Virus record (IMG/VR): IMGVR_UViG_3300025840_000013
Length of the DNA: 64,000 bases
Reading direction: 5' to 3' (one strand)
DNA from: a virus
The notes beneath the pieces are model-generated. The model worked only from the letters and a program-made list of their open reading frames with translations. It searched no databases and was not told the origin of the DNA. Both the position numbers and the translations under genes were made by a program. Within the stretch, counting starts at the first letter, position 1; each line of letters opens with the position of its first letter. Of the stretch, positions 50,607-58,127 are shown piece by piece.

Positions 50607-52685
50607 ATGGCAGTAAATTTTCCAGACAATCCATCTAATGGTGATAGTTTTACTTCCAATGGAATTGTGTATGTTTACAATTCCACCACTACTGCATGGC
50701 AAAAATCTTATACATCCATACCACCAGTTGTCACTGGACATGTTTTACCAGATGCAAACGAGACATATGATTTAGGTTCTAATACACAAAGATTTCGTGA
50801 TTTATATCTAAGTGGAAACTCTATTACAATCGGCGATCTTGTTATTTCTGATAATAATGGAGTTTTTGAAGTAACACCATCTGGTGGTTCTGCAGTTTCA
50901 TTTGCAACTCAGACAGATATCAATACCGCAATTTCTAATTTAGTAGACACTGCGCCGGGCACATTAGATACTCTTAACGAACTTGCGGCTGCGATTGGAG
51001 ATGACGCAAACTTCGCAACAAATATCACCGCATCACTTGCAAATAAACTAGAAGCGTCAGACCTTGCAGGATATGTAACACAAACTGGTACAGAGACTCT
51101 TTCAAATAAAACTCTTGCTGCTACAACATTAGCGGGGCACATAATTCCAAACTCAGATTCTGCATATGATCTGGGTTCTACAACAAATAGATTTCGTGAT
51201 TTATATTTGAGTGGTAATACTCTTTATATTGGTGATGTAGAAATTTCCGTAAATAATGAAGGACTTTTACAACTCCCTTCTGGGTCATTGATTGATGGTG
51301 CAGTTGTTCCTACTGAAATAGGACAGATGACGAATGTTAGACTGGAACCCAATCCAGAAGTACTAGAGATGGCGGTAGATGCACCGGCAGCTGGTCATAG
51401 TACTCCATGGTTATGGACATGGAAATCAGGTGCCCTTCCGTATGCAAGATCAACTATTTTAAATCAGGTGCAATCAGGCGTTCCAATTTACATTGCAGGC
51501 ACATATACTTTATTTAACTTTGCAGCACATGAACTTCATGGTTCGATGACTCAAACTCATAAAATTTATCTTAAGTGGATTGAAGGTGCAGGCACAGACA
51601 ATTTAGTATCGTGGGCAACATCAACTTTAAATGTTCAAAATATTACATTTGAAGGTGTTAATGGAGATAATGCAACAGAAGTTCAAAGATTAAACATTAG
51701 TGTTCCATCTACAATCACATTACCAACTTTAGTTGCACCAAATTTAGTATATGATGTTGAATTTGCAAACTCTGGTGCATATACATTTAGTGGTATTACA
51801 ATGGGAGATAATCCAGATATTGGCCCTCTTTATAGGGGTGGTACATATACATTCAATTTAGACTCTAGTGTTTCTGGACATCCATTTTATTTAACTCAAG
51901 ATGATGGAACAAACTGGGCGCAGGGGCAGTATGTTGATGAATATACCAATGGAGTGACAGGTTCTAGGAATGATTCTGGTACAGTTCAATTTGTTGTTCC
52001 AAATGATGCTCCAGATGTTTTGTATTATCAGTGTGGAAATCACAGTTCTATGAGAGGTATGTTAACCATCAAGAATCTTGAAGTAGAAACGAATGGTGCA
52101 GGCAATTATGTTGTATATTTCCAACACGATCAAGAAGATCATTCTGTTCCAGTAGAAATTAAACAGAGGCCTTCAATTGCAGGACAATCTTGTTTAGTTT
52201 ACGACTCTTCTCTATCTGAATTTGTTCCACAAGATATGGGCGATTATATTACTAAAACTCCAGTAATTCAAGAAAGAATTGGAGAACTTGCGGAAGATAA
52301 AATTGTAGAAAAAGTAAATGATGATACTGTCACAAATCTTACAAAAGTAAAAGAACAAACTACATTCATCACAAATCTAAATCAACAAGGCGAATTGCAA
52401 TTAGTAACTGGCACCGCACGATGGTATGCTCCCTTCGATCTACTAGTAACTGGTATCAACACAAAGGTTTCATCTTCTGCAGATTCTAATATATCAATTC
52501 AAATTAAGAAAAACGGTTCTACTGTTAAATCCAGTTCAATTTTAGCGGGACAATTTTCCAGTGTTGTTTCTGCACCAGAGTTTCCTATGGTGGAAGGCGA
52601 TTACATAACAGTAGATATAACATCTATTGGAACAACGAATAAAGGTGAAGATTTAGTAGTTCAATTCAAATATAGACAAACATAA
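50607..52685 (+). CDS. Cassette 2 gene A: fibre-associated protein with a cupredoxin-like domain
   Basis: Paralog of 43074 with an extra TLDTLNELAAA fibre segment; SGHPFYL...YYQCGNHSSMRGM. Confidence 0.65.
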   Translation: MAVNFPDNPSNGDSFTSNGIVYVYNSTTTAWQKSYTSIPPVVTGHVLPDANETYDLGSNTQRFRDLYLSGNSITIGDLVISDNNGVFEVTPSGGSAVSFATQTDINTAISNLVDTAPGTLDTLNELAAAIGDDANFATNITASLANKLEASDLAGYVTQTGTETLSNKTLAATTLAGHIIPNSDSAYDLGSTTNRFRDLYLSGNTLYIGDVEISVNNEGLLQLPSGSLIDGAVVPTEIGQMTNVRLEPNPEVLEMAVDAPAAGHSTPWLWTWKSGALPYARSTILNQVQSGVPIYIAGTYTLFNFAAHELHGSMTQTHKIYLKWIEGAGTDNLVSWATSTLNVQNITFEGVNGDNATEVQRLNISVPSTITLPTLVAPNLVYDVEFANSGAYTFSGITMGDNPDIGPLYRGGTYTFNLDSSVSGHPFYLTQDDGTNWAQGQYVDEYTNGVTGSRNDSGTVQFVVPNDAPDVLYYQCGNHSSMRGMLTIKNLEVETNGAGNYVVYFQHDQEDHSVPVEIKQRPSIAGQSCLVYDSSLSEFVPQDMGDYITKTPVIQERIGELAEDKIVEKVNDDTVTNLTKVKEQTTFITNLNQQGELQLVTGTARWYAPFDLLVTGINTKVSSSADSNISIQIKKNGSTVKSSSILAGQFSSVVSAPEFPMVEGDYITVDITSIGTTNKGEDLVVQFKYRQT

Positions 52686-52691
52686 ACAATT

Positions 52692-52699
52692 TATAAATA
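52692..52699 (+). promoter_or_regulatory. T4-type late promoter
   Basis: TATAAATA at the position equivalent to 44749, before gene B. Confidence 0.75.
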
Positions 52700-52733
52700 G
52701 TAGAAAAATTTTAAAAAAAATTAGGAGATAAAA

Positions 52734-52991
52734 ATGAATTTTGATATAATCAAAGAAGTTCATATTTTGAACGAAGAAACAAACGAAGTGGAAGAATCTA
52801 CAGAATCAACGCCACATAGAGCCATTCTTGAGGACGGTACTTTAAAAGTATGGATAATTGATGGCGAAAACGAGACATTAATCTTAAATCAACCATGGAA
52901 AAATGAGAACGATGGTTCAAGAAGTGCATGGAAAGATTTAGATGAAGGTGTTGCGTGGTTTAAATCAGACAATCAACATCAAGGAGCATAA
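52734..52991 (+). CDS. Cassette 2 gene B: small acidic protein
   Basis: AGGAG SD; paralog of 44784. Confidence 0.7.
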   Translation: MNFDIIKEVHILNEETNEVEESTESTPHRAILEDGTLKVWIIDGENETLILNQPWKNENDGSRSAWKDLDEGVAWFKSDNQHQGA

Positions 52992-52994
52992 AAA

Positions 52995-54821
52995 ATGGCG
53001 AAAGTATATAAATTTTCTGGAGAAAATGACCAACCAGTTCTAATGGAAGACCCTAGAGCTGGTAATGATGGTTGGTGGATGTTTGGGGTTAGACACGATA
53101 AAACAAGTCTTACTCCGCAATACAACAAAAAAATGAACTGGACAATTGGGACTGGTTGGAGTAATTGGCACGGCAGCAATCAGACAGGTGCAAACACGGA
53201 TGTTGGCATGAACCAGTTATTATTAAAGAAAATGACGACCCATGTAAATGAGTGGAACACCACAGCACAAGCGCAATATAATGTTCCAAATGACAGTGCG
53301 TGGAGATGGATGGATGAAACAATGGAATCCGAAGTTTCGTTTTCTACTTGGACTGAGCATGATGATGGAAATGGAAACAAAAGAATGTCGATCTGGAACT
53401 CGTCACATAGTAATACCATTAATCTTGACGGATATACACAAAATATTTCAGATGACACATATGTAGATGAAGTCAGATTATCTCAAGATGCAGATCCAAC
53501 ATGGAGTTATCAAAGAAACCCAATGGCACATCCATCTTGGACTAATGGTGGGTACATTTATGCAATGGCACAATTTGACGGCGGTGGTAGTTACTTAAAC
53601 TACCCCAGTTATATGTTTCTTACTGCCGGAAGTGGTTGGCCAAATTCTTATGGGTCGGGTTGGCAATATTCACCATCTGGTTTTGGGAGTTATTGGAGTG
53701 TTCAAGTGCTTGGTAATTCACAAGTAGATGGAATGCCTCTTTTATGTGGAACATATTCTCAAGGCGGCACCATGAGTAATAGTGTAAAAATAGTTAAGGC
53801 GACTTTGGGATCAACCCAACCAACTTGGACACAAATGGCGCATCTTGAAAATGTTCAAACAGTTGCTGCAGGAACCCATCAAGGTGGTTATAATTTAAAT
53901 AACGATCAATTTTGGCACACATGTTCTAAGACATTTACTGACCCAAGAGATGCTGGAAAGAAGGCATTCTATAAAGGATATTGGGATTCATATGGAGATT
54001 TCTATCCAATGGTAGTTACTTGGAATCTTGCAGATGATACTTTTGCAATTGAAACAGATATTTCAATTACTGGAGATAAAAGTACTGCACATGTCGCCCT
54101 ACAATCTTCGACCTTTGATACAAGTAACATGAGATGTAATTTGGCGCATACAGAAACTTGGGTTAGTAACAACCAAAGATATGTTGCATATTTTCCTATT
54201 GACGGAAGAATTCAAACCTCATCCGAATCTGACCCAGCAATGAAAACAGTAATTGTTTACTCTGTTGATGCAGCAAACCCTAAAGCTCTTACTTATCATT
54301 CTAAGTTAGATTATGGGCAAGTTGCAAGAAATATGATCTGGTTAAATGATTCTAGAACTATGCTGGGTGTTTGGTTTAAAACAAGTTTTAAAATTTATGT
54401 TTGGAACGATTCTACTGGTTGGGGCGAAACATCAACTATTTCAAATATAGTTACTGCAGTTGGTAGAGATTCTTTAGATAGAATTTGGTATTGTCAAGAA
54501 GACGGAGAAGTTGGGCAAAATTACCCAGAACTTCATTTGTTGACTCCAACACTACCAGTTACTGTTTCTATTACTCCAGAGAATACATCATATTCATACG
54601 CTGGTTCTAACATTAACACATTTGTAAATGTGAGTGCAATTAACGCCTCTGGTGCAAGAATTGCAACAAGTGTTAAACTAGTTATTGAAGGTAGTTCTAT
54701 GACTTTTAGTGATGGTACAACTACAAAAACTGTAACAACACTTACAACTGGTGACCTACAAGTAGATACAATTATCACTGGTGCTGGATTTACAAATGTG
54801 ACGGCAAGTATCGAAATCTAA
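52995..54821 (+). CDS. Cassette 2 gene C: putative beta-propeller plus Ig-like protein
   Basis: Paralog of 45024 (608 vs 604 aa). Confidence 0.55.
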   Translation: MAKVYKFSGENDQPVLMEDPRAGNDGWWMFGVRHDKTSLTPQYNKKMNWTIGTGWSNWHGSNQTGANTDVGMNQLLLKKMTTHVNEWNTTAQAQYNVPNDSAWRWMDETMESEVSFSTWTEHDDGNGNKRMSIWNSSHSNTINLDGYTQNISDDTYVDEVRLSQDADPTWSYQRNPMAHPSWTNGGYIYAMAQFDGGGSYLNYPSYMFLTAGSGWPNSYGSGWQYSPSGFGSYWSVQVLGNSQVDGMPLLCGTYSQGGTMSNSVKIVKATLGSTQPTWTQMAHLENVQTVAAGTHQGGYNLNNDQFWHTCSKTFTDPRDAGKKAFYKGYWDSYGDFYPMVVTWNLADDTFAIETDISITGDKSTAHVALQSSTFDTSNMRCNLAHTETWVSNNQRYVAYFPIDGRIQTSSESDPAMKTVIVYSVDAANPKALTYHSKLDYGQVARNMIWLNDSRTMLGVWFKTSFKIYVWNDSTGWGETSTISNIVTAVGRDSLDRIWYCQEDGEVGQNYPELHLLTPTLPVTVSITPENTSYSYAGSNINTFVNVSAINASGARIATSVKLVIEGSSMTFSDGTTTKTVTTLTTGDLQVDTIITGAGFTNVTASIEI

Positions 54822-54833
54822 AGGAGATAGTTG

Positions 54834-56750
54834 ATGACTGTCTCTGTAGATACGGTTTCTGTCACATTAGGAATTGAAACCAGAGTAGCAGAAAAAAGTG
54901 CATCGGAATTTCCAGCGAATATTCTCGCTGGAACTCCGATTTCATTTTTTGTTAAACCTTTAGTCAGGCAAAATCCTCTTGTAGACACGATTTCAAAAAT
55001 CGGTATAGTAATTGAAGATGGAGATTATAACTCTTCTTCTAATTTTTTATCTGATAGTTTACAATTAATCACAAATAATACATTAAATGTTACTGAGGTA
55101 TTATCTTCTAAACTTAATATCAAAACAGAAAAAAATGATGTATATGCACTACCAGATATCAATAGCAGTGAACTTAGTATTTTAGTTAATGATACTACTC
55201 AAATTAAAACAGTAGAAATCCCAACAAACTTAAATCACATAGAAATAAAAGACGAAAGTACTTTTGATTTCTTGGGCCCTAGTGTAAATGTAAATTATCC
55301 ATTATCTTATTTGGAACAATATGTTGAGGATGCAACTAGTGGAAATTCTGGTGGAAACGCCGAATTTACTACACCCGGCACATATTCATGGACATGTCCA
55401 TCAGGAGTATCTTCAGTATCTGTTGTTTGTGTTGGCGCTGGTGGCACTGGTGGATATCAATGGTCTTCTGGCGGTGGCGGAGGCGGTGGCCTTGGTTGGA
55501 AAAATAATATTTCTGTAACTGCAGGGCAATCTTATACGGTTGTAGTTGGAGACCATGGAACTGTTTTAACAACAAACGCAACTAATGCGGCCGCAATGGG
55601 AAATAACTCATACTTTATAGATGTCAACACAGTTTGTGGATTCGGTGCTGGTCGTGGTGGAACTGATTCAACTGGTTCTGGAAACGGCGGATACGGTGGT
55701 GGATACACTGGTGACGGCGGTGGTCGTGGCGGTAACGGTGGATATGAAGGGTCTTGGAATAGAGCTGGCGGCGGTGCTGGTGGTTATTCTGGAAGAGGTG
55801 GTGATGGTGGAGTTAATTCATCATCGGGCGAAGCAGGACAAGGCGGCGGTGGCGGCGCAGGCGGATGGTACTCATCAACTTGGGGAACGCCTGGCGGTGG
55901 CGGTGTTGGAATTTACGGAGAAGGAACATCTGGTGGTACGGTGTCATCAAATGGCGAGGGTGGTAAAGGTGGTTCTGGTGGAGAAGACGGACATCCAGGC
56001 GAACCCATAACAAATAATTCAATATCAAGCGGTGATATTGTGGGTGGAAACTACGGCGGCGGGGGTGGCGGCTCTGGTACTTCTGCTGGAGGCGGCCCAG
56101 GCGGTACTGGTGCGGTTCGTATTGTTTGGGGCACAAATGTTGCATTCCCTACTACTAATGTGGAGAAAATTCCAACCGCTGGTTTTAATTTAACCAGTCT
56201 TTACGGCACTCAACATACTTTTTCTAACCCATTGACCAGTATGGATGCTCTTACAGATACAATATCTAATTTAAGAATACCCACGAATAAATTATATTCT
56301 TCTACTGGTTATTCCAATCCAAAATCAGTTGCAATTTTAAGTAACTCCAATAGTATTTCTGTTGAATCGGTAGAAACTGAAAAATTAATTATGACTAATA
56401 GAAATGACGAATACTTTTCGGTATCTAGTCATATTCCGTCTTCTATAGGGTTCCTCATAAAAGAAACTGAAAATTCGATTGAATATAAATTCCCAAGAAA
56501 AATAATAAAAACAGAAACTGATAAATCTGGTACAAGTCCGCTCGAATCAAGTGCTCAACAAATTAATTTTATCACATACAACTTTGCGGATATTGGATAT
56601 TTTGACAAAGATGACAGAAAGTCGTTTGAACAACTAACTGATGAAAATGATCCAAGAATTGTAACTGATACTGGAGATACTGGTGGAACTGGTGGAACTG
56701 GTGGTACAGGCGGGACTGGTTCTGGGCCAATTCAATCGTGGAGTTCTTGA
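54834..56750 (+). CDS. Cassette 2 gene D: structural protein with a central glycine-rich adhesin-like domain
   Basis: FTTPGTYSWTCPSGVSSVSVVCVGAGG...GAVRIVWG poly-Gly domain. The ATG at 54834 is better spaced from AAGGAG than the TTG at 54831. Confidence 0.65.
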   Translation: MTVSVDTVSVTLGIETRVAEKSASEFPANILAGTPISFFVKPLVRQNPLVDTISKIGIVIEDGDYNSSSNFLSDSLQLITNNTLNVTEVLSSKLNIKTEKNDVYALPDINSSELSILVNDTTQIKTVEIPTNLNHIEIKDESTFDFLGPSVNVNYPLSYLEQYVEDATSGNSGGNAEFTTPGTYSWTCPSGVSSVSVVCVGAGGTGGYQWSSGGGGGGGLGWKNNISVTAGQSYTVVVGDHGTVLTTNATNAAAMGNNSYFIDVNTVCGFGAGRGGTDSTGSGNGGYGGGYTGDGGGRGGNGGYEGSWNRAGGGAGGYSGRGGDGGVNSSSGEAGQGGGGGAGGWYSSTWGTPGGGGVGIYGEGTSGGTVSSNGEGGKGGSGGEDGHPGEPITNNSISSGDIVGGNYGGGGGGSGTSAGGGPGGTGAVRIVWGTNVAFPTTNVEKIPTAGFNLTSLYGTQHTFSNPLTSMDALTDTISNLRIPTNKLYSSTGYSNPKSVAILSNSNSISVESVETEKLIMTNRNDEYFSVSSHIPSSIGFLIKETENSIEYKFPRKIIKTETDKSGTSPLESSAQQINFITYNFADIGYFDKDDRKSFEQLTDENDPRIVTDTGDTGGTGGTGGTGGTGSGPIQSWSS

Positions 56751-56753
56751 TAA

Positions 56754-58121
56754 ATGCCTATTTCATTACCAGACAATCCGACTGATGGACAAACGGTTCA
56801 AATCGGAACAATCATTTATACATATGATGCAACAGTTGGAGTGTGGAATTCCAACAGTGCCGTGGGCCCAACTCTCACTCCAGCAACTGTAACGACCTCA
56901 GATACTGCACCATCCAGTCCTAGTAACGGAGATATGTGGTTTGATAGTTCTGTAGGAAAAACATTTATCTGGTATGATGATGGAACATCTACACAATGGG
57001 TTCAAATGAACCCAAATACTCAGACAGGTGGAGCAGATGGTTCTTCAGTCGCTGTATACGCAAACTTTGCTGCATTTGTAAATGGAAACACTGAAGGTGA
57101 CTTTGCATTTGCACAAGACACGAAAGCATTATATGTATGGGATGGAACCGAATGGGATAAAATATCTTCTGGAAATGATGAAAGTCCTATAATTATTACT
57201 GAACCACCAACAACACACACTCTTAATATTGATGGAACCACAAGTACAGTTACAATGGTTGCGGAAGACCCAGAAGGATTTGATATATCATATGGTATTG
57301 TATATAAAACCGCAGGGAATACAAGGCCAGTACAACTTTCAACAGACACCACAGTAAATACAAGCGGAGTTTATACATTTACTCCAACCACAAATCAGGC
57401 CGATGAGGGAAATTTTACAGTAAGACTGAGTGCATCGGATGGATCGAGAACTACTACTAGACTGATTGATTTTAAACTTGAATTTATACCTCAGAGACAG
57501 AATATAATAGGGTGGTATGAGTTTGCCGATACAAATAGTTATAATACGGCCGTAAGTACTACAGTATTAAATGATCTTTCTGGAAATTCTAACAATCAAA
57601 CTATAAGCAATCCAGGCTCTCTTAGTGGAGATGGACATTTGACTTTTTCTACGAATAGTACCATAAATTTTGGTGGCAGCATGTCAGGACAGAAAACTTG
57701 GGCTATAATATCTAGACCACCTACTGGTTATAACATGCATGTGCTGTTTGGTAGTGGAAATGCGGATGCGACATACTATTCAGTTTTCCATAATAGTCAG
57801 GGAACTGATTATTATGGATATCAAACTGCTTGGGCGGGAGAAACTGTTGTAGATACAGTAAATGGTATATATCCAAACAATAACAGAAACACTTCGTATA
57901 ATGCCTTAACACTTGGTCAATCTAATAGTATTATAACAACAGGGTTGCAAATGGCTTCTAGTGCGATGGTTTATAATGCATATCCTACTTGGACTGCAAC
58001 TCATGAGGTATATGCCTTTGTATTCTGGGATGTAGTTTTAACTTTATCAGAAATACAAAAGGTACACGATTATTATAGAAATAAAATAGGGGCTGCTAAC
58101 ATGGCAGTCTGGCAAGGATAA
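56754..58121 (+). CDS. Cassette 2 gene E: fibre protein with terminal modules, Ig-like and LamG-like domains
   Basis: MPISLPDNP.DG, TAPSSPSNGDMWFD and EDPEGF motifs; C-terminal NDLSGNSN...LTLSEIQKVHDYY LamG-like pattern. Confidence 0.65.
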   Translation: MPISLPDNPTDGQTVQIGTIIYTYDATVGVWNSNSAVGPTLTPATVTTSDTAPSSPSNGDMWFDSSVGKTFIWYDDGTSTQWVQMNPNTQTGGADGSSVAVYANFAAFVNGNTEGDFAFAQDTKALYVWDGTEWDKISSGNDESPIIITEPPTTHTLNIDGTTSTVTMVAEDPEGFDISYGIVYKTAGNTRPVQLSTDTTVNTSGVYTFTPTTNQADEGNFTVRLSASDGSRTTTRLIDFKLEFIPQRQNIIGWYEFADTNSYNTAVSTTVLNDLSGNSNNQTISNPGSLSGDGHLTFSTNSTINFGGSMSGQKTWAIISRPPTGYNMHVLFGSGNADATYYSVFHNSQGTDYYGYQTAWAGETVVDTVNGIYPNNNRNTSYNALTLGQSNSIITTGLQMASSAMVYNAYPTWTATHEVYAFVFWDVVLTLSEIQKVHDYYRNKIGAANMAVWQG

Positions 58122-58127
58122 TAACAA

